DNA from: Verrucomicrobiota bacterium | GTDB lineage: Bacteria > Verrucomicrobiota > Kiritimatiellia > RFP12 > UBA1067 | NCBI GenBank assembly: GCA_022704125.1 | Contig: JAKJHA010000001.1 | Span: 1 to 38,532 of the forward strand | Length of the DNA stretch: 38,532 nt | Reading direction: 5' to 3' | Shown: in pieces, positions 31,143-38,277 of the stretch | How the letters are laid out: the number at the start of each line of letters is the position of its first letter | Position numbering within the stretch: position 1 is the first letter of the stretch | Made by a program: the position numbers and the translations under genes | The notes under the pieces: model-generated | What the model was told of the DNA's origin: nothing | Database searches by the model: none | What the model saw: only the letters and a program-made list of their open reading frames with translations

Positions 31143-31781
31143 ATGCACGCACCCTGTCCGCCAGAGCGGCGGCGCTTCATTACTTCTGTGCTCGTGCCTG
31201 ACCGCGTGGGCCTGCTGCGCGATGTCACGCGGGGTGTCTTTTCGCTGGAAGGCAACATCGGCGGTATCCGCCAGACTGTTGTGGACGGCTTTTTTAACTT
31301 GGTCTTCACCTCGGAGCATCCGTCTCAAGTGACGCCGGAGGCTCTGCGCGCGTTGCTGAATTCAACCTTGGAGTCGGAAGCGGTCGTGACCGTGCTCGAC
31401 AGCCCTGAGGTTGTACCGGCTGCCGTGCCCCGGGGTGCGCGGTTCGTGGTGACGACGCGCGGCGCGGACAAGCCGGGTACGATTTTCACCATCACCTCTT
31501 TTCTGGTCGACCACAAGATCAATATCGAAGACTGGATGGTTGAGGAAGAGGACGGCAAGGTCGTCTATATCGCGCAGGTCGTAGTGCCCGAAACCGCAGA
31601 CTTCCGCCTGCTGCAAGAGGCGTTCCGCGACGCCATGGCAGCACACGGCCTGACCGCGCTCCTCTGCCACGAAAACATCTTCAGAGCCACCAATGAAATC
31701 GGCCCGATCAAAGCCCTGATCGAGGAAACGCCCAACGCAAAAGCCACTCCCATGCCCTCGTGCGAAAGGAGCGGCAAGTGA
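31143..31781 (+). CDS. tandem ACT-domain protein (UPF0237/GcvR-like)
   Basis: 212 aa from ATG 31143. Two ACT-like units (FITSVLVPDRVGLLRDVTRGVFSLEGNI and FVVTTRGADKPGTIFTITSFLVDHKINI). Precedes a UPF0210 gene, as in the known UPF0237/UPF0210 pair. Confidence 0.7.
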   Translation: MHAPCPPERRRFITSVLVPDRVGLLRDVTRGVFSLEGNIGGIRQTVVDGFFNLVFTSEHPSQVTPEALRALLNSTLESEAVVTVLDSPEVVPAAVPRGARFVVTTRGADKPGTIFTITSFLVDHKINIEDWMVEEEDGKVVYIAQVVVPETADFRLLQEAFRDAMAAHGLTALLCHENIFRATNEIGPIKALIEETPNAKATPMPSCERSGK

Positions 31782-31823
31782 ATTGTCCATAAAATCAACA
31801 ATGTCCACAGAGTCCACCATAAG

Positions 31824-31928
31824 CGATACCGATCCCGATTTCGATACCGATCCCGATGGAATGAAACCTTGACCCCCATCCCCTGAAACCTGAAACCCCG
31901 AAACCCTGAAACCCGAAACCCCGAAACC
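31824..31928. repeat. tandem arrays between the ACT and UPF0210 genes
   Basis: CGATACCGATCCCGATT x2 (31824-31857). CCTGAAAC CTGAAACC CCGAAACC CTGAAACC CGAAACC CCGAAACC (31882-31928), ending 9 nt before ATG 31938. Confidence 0.9.
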
Positions 31929-31937
31929 AAGCCCCCT

Positions 31938-33311
31938 ATGCTCGCCCGACAAGCTGTCCTTTCAACCATCCGCATGGTGCGCGAGGAAAACCTCGACGTG
32001 CGCACCGTCACGTTCGGCATCAACCTGAATGTCTGCGCCAATCCCGATCCTGACCGCCTCGTCGAGGCGGTTTACGCGCGCATCGTCGACAAGGCCGGCA
32101 GCCTTGTGCGTTTCTGCAACGAGGTTAGCGACAAGTACGGTCTGCCGATCGTCAACAAGCGCATCGCCGTCTCGCCCGCCAGCCAGTTGCTGGAGGGCCA
32201 CAGCGTCGAGACCGCCGTGCGCCTCTGCCAAGCGCTCGACGCCGCTGCAGAGAAGGTCGGGATCGACCTGCTGGGCGGCTTCACCGCGCTGGTACAACGC
32301 GGTATCACGCCGGGCGAACGCACTTTGATCGAGTCGCTGCCGCAGGCATTGGCCGCCACGCACCGCGTCTGCTCCTCCTTTAACGTGGGCACCACCAAAG
32401 CCGGCATCCATGTTGACGCGGTGAACCTGATCGCGCGCAAGTTGATCGAAACCGCCGAGATGACGCGCGCAACACGCGGCTTCGGCTGTGCCAAGGTCGT
32501 GGTTTTCGCCAACATGCCGGAGGACAACCCCTTCATGGCGGGCGCAATGCTCGGAGCGGGCCAGCCGGAGTGCGTCATCAATGTCGGCGTCAGCGGCCCC
32601 GGCGTGGTCAAGCGCGCGGTCGACCGTCTGGTGCAGCACGACCCTGCCGCGACGTTGGACGAGATCGCCGAGGAGATCAAACACACGGCGTTTCGCGTGA
32701 CGCGCACAGGCGAGTTGATCGGACACGAAGTGGCCGACCGTCTGGGCGTCCCGTTCGGCGTGGTCGATCTCTCGCTCGCGCCGACACCGCGCGTGGGCGA
32801 TTCGGTCGGCGAGATCTACCAGAGCATGGGTGTGGGCCGCATCGGTGCGCCGGGCACCACCGCCGCCGTGATGCTGCTCAACGACGCGGTCAAGAAGGGC
32901 GGTTCCTTCGCCTCCAGCGCGGTCGGCGGGCTCTCCGGCGCCTTCATCCCGGTGATGGAGGATCATGTGCTCTCTAAGGCGGTGGCTGACGGCACGCTGA
33001 CGCTGGAGAAGCTAGAGGCGATGACGGCAGTCTGCTCGGTGGGCCTCGACATGATCCTGCTGCCGGGCAGCACCACAGCCGAGACGCTGGCAGGCATCAT
33101 TCTGGACGAAGCGGCGATCGGCATCACCAACCGCAAGACCACCGGCGTGCGCGTGATCCCCGTGCCGGGCGCGCAGCCCGGTGAGTTCGTGGACTTCGGC
33201 GGCCTCTTCGGCTCGGGCGTGGTCACGCAGCCCGCCAGTCCGGAGGGCGCGGAAACCTTTGTCAATCGCGGCGGACAGATTCCCGCGCCCATTCACAGCC
33301 TAAGTAACTAA
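31938..33311 (+). CDS. UPF0210 (DUF711) family protein
   Basis: 457 aa. The N-terminus VLSTIRMVREENLDVRTVTFGINL resembles the UPF0210 consensus (..TI.MI.E.N.DIRT.T.GISL). No obvious Shine-Dalgarno site. Confidence 0.8.
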   Translation: MLARQAVLSTIRMVREENLDVRTVTFGINLNVCANPDPDRLVEAVYARIVDKAGSLVRFCNEVSDKYGLPIVNKRIAVSPASQLLEGHSVETAVRLCQALDAAAEKVGIDLLGGFTALVQRGITPGERTLIESLPQALAATHRVCSSFNVGTTKAGIHVDAVNLIARKLIETAEMTRATRGFGCAKVVVFANMPEDNPFMAGAMLGAGQPECVINVGVSGPGVVKRAVDRLVQHDPAATLDEIAEEIKHTAFRVTRTGELIGHEVADRLGVPFGVVDLSLAPTPRVGDSVGEIYQSMGVGRIGAPGTTAAVMLLNDAVKKGGSFASSAVGGLSGAFIPVMEDHVLSKAVADGTLTLEKLEAMTAVCSVGLDMILLPGSTTAETLAGIILDEAAIGITNRKTTGVRVIPVPGAQPGEFVDFGGLFGSGVVTQPASPEGAETFVNRGGQIPAPIHSLSN

Positions 33312-33313
33312 CC

Positions 33314-34222
33314 ATGCCGGAAGAGCGCCAGACACGTTTCAACCAGGCCGAGACGGTGATCCGTATCGCGCTGGCGGTGAACGCCCTGCTGATGGTGGCC
33401 AAGCTGCTGGCGGGACGCCTAGGCCACTCCGAAGCGCTCTTTGCCGACGGTGTGGAGAGCGCCTGCGATCTGGCCATCTCGGCGGCTGCGTTGGCCACGA
33501 TGCGCTTCAGCCGCCAGCCGTTCGACCGCCAGCATCCCTACGGCCACGGACGCGCCGAGAGTCTGGCGGCCTTCCTTGTCGGACTGGTGATCATCGCCAC
33601 CAGCGCGCTGATCCTCTACGGCGCCGTCATCACGATCGCCTCCGGAGACATCCCGCGTCCGCGCCTCTACACTCTGGCGGTGGCGGCTGCGACCATCCTC
33701 CTCAAGGAAACGCTGGCACGAGCCACTTTCCGGCAGGCAAGGATCATCGGCAGCCCGATGCTGAACGCCCTGGCGCAGGATCACCGCAAGGACGCCCTGA
33801 CCTCTATCGGCACCCTGCTGGGGTGCGGCTGCGCCTTTCTGGGATGGCGCTTCATGGACCCGTTCTTTGCCGGCTTGACCGGTCTGCTGATTGCGCATGT
33901 GGGAATCAACACCGTGCGCGGGGCGACACAAGACCTGATCGACACCGCGCTGCCCGAGGAGCGCCTCAATGCTATCAGCGCCGTCGCTGCCGCCGTCGAG
34001 GGCGTGGAGCATGTCCACGAGATCCGCGGCCGCAGCTCGGGACAATACATTATTCTGGATCTCAAACTGGAGATGGATCCCGAGATGACCGTCGCACGGT
34101 CACACGAGATCGCCACCGAAGTCAAACGCCGCATCTTCGAGGCCGACGCCAGCGTGGGCGATGTCATGATCCACATCAACCCCCACGACGATCCCAATCA
34201 CACGGATCTGATCAGGCTGTAG
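33314..34222 (+). CDS. cation diffusion facilitator (CDF) family metal efflux transporter
   Basis: 302 aa. SEALFADGVESACDL (TM2 metal-site type), QDHRKDALTSIG, and a C-terminal cytoplasmic domain VHEIRGRSSGQYIILDLKLEMD...IHINP. ATG lies 2 nt after the UPF0210 stop. Confidence 0.85.
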   Translation: MPEERQTRFNQAETVIRIALAVNALLMVAKLLAGRLGHSEALFADGVESACDLAISAAALATMRFSRQPFDRQHPYGHGRAESLAAFLVGLVIIATSALILYGAVITIASGDIPRPRLYTLAVAAATILLKETLARATFRQARIIGSPMLNALAQDHRKDALTSIGTLLGCGCAFLGWRFMDPFFAGLTGLLIAHVGINTVRGATQDLIDTALPEERLNAISAVAAAVEGVEHVHEIRGRSSGQYIILDLKLEMDPEMTVARSHEIATEVKRRIFEADASVGDVMIHINPHDDPNHTDLIRL

Positions 34223-34232
34223 CGAGCGGCCA

Positions 34233-34317
34233 GCGCCGCGGCCGCGGCCGCGCGCGGATTATAGGATTTAGGATTTAGGATTTAGGAGTTAGGAGTTAGG
34301 ATTTAGGAGTTAGGAGT
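34233..34317. repeat. CGGCCG hexamer run followed by eight TAGGATT/TAGGAGT heptamers
   Basis: Perfect 14-nt palindrome GCCGCGGCCGCGGC (34235-34248). Heptamers at 34262-34317 in the order ATT, ATT, ATT, AGT, AGT, ATT, AGT, AGT, ending exactly at the hydF stop codon (34318-34320). Confidence 0.95.
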
Positions 34318-35529
34318 TCAGTAAGTGCCAAACGGCTCCAGACAACGCTCCAGAATGCCCTGCATGTAGGCGATCAGCACTCCGTAGTTGACGATCGGCA
34401 CGCCCGCGGCCTTGGCCTGATGGATGCGGTAGCGCATCTCGCGGCGGTTGAGCATGCAGCCGCCGCAGTGGATAATGAGCGCGAAGCGTGACAGGTCACG
34501 CGGATAGGTCATGCCGCTGGTGTGCTCGAAGACAAGGTCACGGCCGGTGTGCTGACGCAGCCAGCGCGGAATCTTGACCGTGCCGATGTCATCGCACTGC
34601 CGATGGTGCGTACAGCCTTCGGCAATCAGGATGCGGTCGCCGTCCTCCAGCGCCGCAACCGCCCGCGTGCCGCGCACCTGCTCCGCGAGATCACCCTTGT
34701 AACGCGCGAAGAGCATTGAGAACGAAGTCAGCGGTACCTCGCGCGGGGTTTCAGCCGCGACCTTGGCGAATACTTGGGAATCGGTGATCACCATCCGTGG
34801 CGGATGGGCGAGCGCGGCGAGTGCTGCGCGCAGTTCGACCTCGCGCGTGACCAAAGCCAGTGCGCCGGCCTCCAGGATGTCGCGCACGGTCTGTTGTTGC
34901 GGCAGGATCATGCGCCCCTTGGGCGCGGCGGCGTCGATCGGCGTGACCAGCACGACCACGTCCCCCGGATGCAGCAGGTCGCCGATCAACCGGGCGTCGT
35001 CAGCGTCGTCCGGCACGGCTTCGGCCAGCGCCCGCTTGAGTGCCTCAATACCCGCGCGGGTGGTGGACGAGACCGTCAGCACCGGCGCCCCGCTCATTTC
35101 GGCGGCTTGGCGCAACGCATCAGGCGAAGGAGTCTGGAGGTCAGCCTTATTGAAGACCGTCAGTAGCGGAATACCCTTGGCGCGCACCAGCGTGAGGATG
35201 TCGCGCTCACACGCGCCGATCCCGGATTCCGCCTCCAGCACCAGAATCGCCACATCGGTCTTGTTAAGTACATCGCGTGTGCGTTCGATGCGTAGCACCC
35301 CCAGTGCGCCCTCGTCATCCAAGCCGGGGGTGTCAAAGATCACGACCGGACCGAGCGGCAGGAGTTCCATCGCCTTGGAGACCGGATCAGTGGTGGTGCC
35401 CTTGATTTCAGAGACGATGGCGACTTCCTGGCCGGTGAGCGCGTTGATCAGACTCGATTTGCCGACATTGCGTCGGCCAAAGAGCGCGATATGCACGCGC
35501 TCGCCTTGCGGGGTGGTGTTGAGGCTCAT
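34318..35529 (-). CDS. hydF: [FeFe]-hydrogenase H-cluster maturation GTPase
   Basis: 403 aa. P-loop GRRNVGKSSLINALTG, DTPGLDD, NKADL. C-terminal cluster-binding pattern CTHH...(46)...HCGGC. Confidence 0.88.
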   Translation of the reverse strand: MSLNTTPQGERVHIALFGRRNVGKSSLINALTGQEVAIVSEIKGTTTDPVSKAMELLPLGPVVIFDTPGLDDEGALGVLRIERTRDVLNKTDVAILVLEAESGIGACERDILTLVRAKGIPLLTVFNKADLQTPSPDALRQAAEMSGAPVLTVSSTTRAGIEALKRALAEAVPDDADDARLIGDLLHPGDVVVLVTPIDAAAPKGRMILPQQQTVRDILEAGALALVTREVELRAALAALAHPPRMVITDSQVFAKVAAETPREVPLTSFSMLFARYKGDLAEQVRGTRAVAALEDGDRILIAEGCTHHRQCDDIGTVKIPRWLRQHTGRDLVFEHTSGMTYPRDLSRFALIIHCGGCMLNRREMRYRIHQAKAAGVPIVNYGVLIAYMQGILERCLEPFGTY

Positions 35530-35608
35530 GACAGATGGTAAAGAGTGTCTGGTTGAAAAGCCCCAGTGTAAATGCGCCCGCCCCGCGCCGTCAATGGTTT
35601 GTGGTTGG

Positions 35609-35669
35609 TCGATAGAATCGAAGGAATCGACGAAATCGAATCATTCGAATCTTTCGATTCCACCGATTC
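35609..35669. repeat. inverted array of AATCGA-core octamers
   Basis: TCGATAGAATCGAAGGAATCGACGAAATCGAATCATTCGAATCTTTCGATTCCACCGATTC. The left half carries AATCGA x3 on the plus strand (plus a degenerate TCGATA unit at the left edge). The right half carries the complement motif (TCGAAT, TCGATT, CGATTC). The approximate dyad lies near 35641. Confidence 0.8.
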
Positions 35670-35710
35670 TGCCGGTGTCCTGAAAAAAATCGGGATGTTA
35701 CGTTTTCGTG

Positions 35711-35740
35711 TTGCGGTCTCGCTGCATACTGTGGTATGCT
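35711..35740 (+). promoter_or_regulatory. putative promoter for gspF
   Basis: TTGCGG (35711-35716), 18-nt spacer, TATGCT (35735-35740) preceded by a TG (extended -10 type). Confidence 0.25.
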
Positions 35741-35803
35741 CCCCGTCACGGTAACAGTACAGCTTGCGCAGGGCATGGAGCCCGCGTCAACCGGAGTTGT
35801 TTT

Positions 35804-37108
35804 ATGCCCAAATTCGCATATATCGCTGTGGATTCCGCGGGAAAAGAGAGCCGCGGCACAATCGAAGCCCCCAACCAGGCGCAGGCCGTCGCTAAAGTGC
35901 GCGGCATGGGTCTTTTCCCCACGGCGATCGGAGCGGCCGGCGGGTCTGAGGGGGGGGGCGCTGCCAAGCCCGCGTCCGCACCCGCAGCCAAGAAGGCCGG
36001 CAAGAAGTCCATGGGGCAGACGAAGATCGAGATCAAACTGCCCAAGTTTCTCCGCCCCAAGGTCAAGCAGAAGGACCTCATGACGCTCACGCGCCAGCTT
36101 GCGACGTTGGTGGACGCGGGACTGCCGTTGCTGCGTGGCCTGCATGTGTTGCAGCGGCAGACCCCCCACGTGACGCTCAAGGAGGCCTTGGCCGGGATGT
36201 GCGAATCGGTGGAGAGCGGCAGCACCTTCTCGGAGTCGTTGCTGAATTATCCCAAGATTTTCGACAATCTTTATGTAAACATGGTGAGGGCCGGCGAGGC
36301 TGGCGGTGTGCTTGAGGTGGTCCTCAACCGTTTGGCCGAGTTTGCAGAAAAGGCCGAGAAGATCAAGAACAAGGTCAAGGGCGCGATGGTCTATCCGATC
36401 GTGGTCTTGGTCGCGGCCGTCGGCATCACCGGCTTCCTGTTGGTCGCGGTGATCCCGAAGTTCAAGGACATCTTTAACGATCTGCTCGAAGGCAAGCCCC
36501 TGCCGGCGATCACGCAGTTTGTGATGGACGCCAGTAACATGGTGATGAATAACGGCCTGATGGTGGTCGCGGCGATCGCGGTGATCGTGGTGCTGTTTAA
36601 GCTCTTTGCCAAGACCAAGGTCGGGCGTTACCTGTTGGATACGGCCAAGATCAACGCGCCGATGTTCGGTTCGCTGGTGCGCAGGACCGCCGTGGCGCGC
36701 ATGACGCGTACGCTCGGCACGCTGCTCGCCTCGGGCGTGCCGGTGCTGCAGGCGATCAACATCGTGCGTGACACCACCGGCAACGAGGTTCTCGTGCGCG
36801 CCATGCAGAGCGTGCATGACGCCGTCAAGGAAGGTGAGAGCATGACCGCGCCGCTGGCGGCTTCCAAGGTGTTCCCCCCGATGGTGGTCTCGATGGTGGA
36901 GGTCGGTGAGGAGACCGGTGCTCTGCCGGACATGCTGATGCGTGTCGCCAATACTTATGATGATGAAGTGGACAACGCTGTGGCGGGTCTGACCTCGGTG
37001 ATCGAGCCGTTGATGATCATCGTGCTGGCCGTGATCGTCGGTACGATCGTCATCGCGATGTTCATGCCGATGATCCAGATCATCAGTTCGCTCGGGTCTC
37101 AGGCGTAA
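35804..37108 (+). CDS. gspF: type II secretion / type IV pilus platform protein, GspF/PilC family
   Basis: 434 aa from ATG 35804, with GGAG upstream. Two T2SSF-type repeats (LTRQLATLVDAGLPLLRGL and MTRTLGTLLASGVPVLQAI) and three TM segments. Confidence 0.88.
   Translation: MPKFAYIAVDSAGKESRGTIEAPNQAQAVAKVRGMGLFPTAIGAAGGSEGGGAAKPASAPAAKKAGKKSMGQTKIEIKLPKFLRPKVKQKDLMTLTRQLATLVDAGLPLLRGLHVLQRQTPHVTLKEALAGMCESVESGSTFSESLLNYPKIFDNLYVNMVRAGEAGGVLEVVLNRLAEFAEKAEKIKNKVKGAMVYPIVVLVAAVGITGFLLVAVIPKFKDIFNDLLEGKPLPAITQFVMDASNMVMNNGLMVVAAIAVIVVLFKLFAKTKVGRYLLDTAKINAPMFGSLVRRTAVARMTRTLGTLLASGVPVLQAINIVRDTTGNEVLVRAMQSVHDAVKEGESMTAPLAASKVFPPMVVSMVEVGEETGALPDMLMRVANTYDDEVDNAVAGLTSVIEPLMIIVLAVIVGTIVIAMFMPMIQIISSLGSQA
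35950..35958 (+). repeat. homopolymeric G9 tract inside gspF (codons 49-52)
   Basis: gag ggg ggg ggc encodes E-G-G-G in the low-complexity linker AAGGSEGGGAAKPASAPAAKK. Confidence 0.9.
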
Positions 37109-37195
37109 CGACGCCGCCCGGAGCGGCCGATTCGTGTGTGTTCGGCGCTCAAGTGCCGGACGCGCACGGGCGATCGGCCTGACAGGAGGTTAATA

Positions 37196-38236
37196 ATGAA
37201 AATGTTTGGTCAGAAAAGAGCGTCTTGCAGGACGTGCGGACAACGGAATGCCTTCACCTTGATCGAGATGATGGTGGTGGTGGCGTTGGTCGGTATTCTG
37301 ATCGGCGGCGTGTTCCGTCTGCTCAGCGCGGCTGGCGAAGGTGCCAAGCGTGGCGAGACGATTGATCGCATGCAGCGCATTGAGAACGCGCTCTCTGGTT
37401 TCTACGCGACCTATGGCTCTTACCCGCCGGTGCTGCCGCACGGTTCGGCCGACCCCTTTGTTGAGGAAGACCGTCAAGGCAACGTGACCAAGGTCGCCGA
37501 CCTAAAGGCTGAGAACGCCAACCGCGCAGCGGCCTGCCAGCCGATGTCTTTCGAGTTCCCGCCGATGAAAGCGCTCGATAGCTATATCGCCTCGGAGTAT
37601 CGATCGGCCAACGTCTTCTCGCCCAATCTGAACCCCGGCGCTTTTCCACAGGACGGTGAATGGCCCAAAGTGAAGTTGTACCGTTACGGGGTGGTCTCCT
37701 TCTTGGTTCCCCGTTACGACGCGATCGGTGATTTTGAATTCAGAAAACAGGGGGGCAAGTACACTGCCTACGCGAGCGACAGTGACTTGGCCCCCCATGA
37801 GGATCTGTATAAGAACCACCGGATGTGGAAAGACGCCAACCCGGCAGACCAGGCTAAGGCACAGCGCGATGCCTGCGCACGCTGGCTGCCCAATCTGCGG
37901 GGCCTCATCAGGGGTGGTAAAAAATTGATGGATGTGCAGACCGGTGCCCCGCATCACGATAATGAAATGACGTTTTGCGAGAATAACAGGCCCGAGAGAG
38001 CGTATGCCACACAGGCCGGATCTAGATATTTTCTTCGGAAGATGACGATTCAGGATGCTTGGGACAACGATTTCTACTACTACTCAGCACCGCCCTATCA
38101 GAGTTATCGCCTCTGGTCGGCGGGCCCTGACGGTAATACCTTCCCTGCCAACTACCCCCTGCTGGAACTGGATGAAGCCAAACGCAAGATCGTGGGGGGC
38201 TGGATCAGGGACGATATCGTACGCCCGTCGCGATAG
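37196..38236 (+). CDS. large GspG-like pseudopilin (prepilin-type N-terminal methylation domain)
   Basis: 346 aa from ATG 37196, with AGGAGG upstream. AFTLIEMMVVVALVGILIGGVF hydrophobic N-terminus with Glu+5. GspG-like YGSYPP and LWSAGPDGN motifs. Confidence 0.8.
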   Translation: MKMFGQKRASCRTCGQRNAFTLIEMMVVVALVGILIGGVFRLLSAAGEGAKRGETIDRMQRIENALSGFYATYGSYPPVLPHGSADPFVEEDRQGNVTKVADLKAENANRAAACQPMSFEFPPMKALDSYIASEYRSANVFSPNLNPGAFPQDGEWPKVKLYRYGVVSFLVPRYDAIGDFEFRKQGGKYTAYASDSDLAPHEDLYKNHRMWKDANPADQAKAQRDACARWLPNLRGLIRGGKKLMDVQTGAPHHDNEMTFCENNRPERAYATQAGSRYFLRKMTIQDAWDNDFYYYSAPPYQSYRLWSAGPDGNTFPANYPLLELDEAKRKIVGGWIRDDIVRPSR

Positions 38237-38277
38237 TAGAGAGGATGGGGGGCCGACAAGCCAAGCCGAGGGTAACT

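Noticed and set aside
31362-32041. Minus-strand ORFs translating to GFRVSGFRVSGFQVSG / GSVSKSGSVS
   Set aside because: The periodic peptide is only the translation of the GAAACC and CGAT tandem arrays, and the rest is antisense to the ACT and UPF0210 genes. This is an annotation artefact, not a gene.
34262-34317. Telomere-like repeat, since TTTAGGA resembles the plant-type TTTAGGG unit
   Set aside because: It is internal to a bacterial gene-dense segment, the unit sequence differs, the arrays are short (3-8 units), and they are tied to gene ends. The resemblance is superficial.
35591-36817. 408-aa ORF on the minus strand
   Set aside because: It is fully antisense to the well-supported gspF gene. 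Its His/Arg/Asp/Gln-rich low-complexity composition is typical of shadow ORFs in high-GC DNA. It has no RBS, and its 5' end runs through the octamer repeat array.
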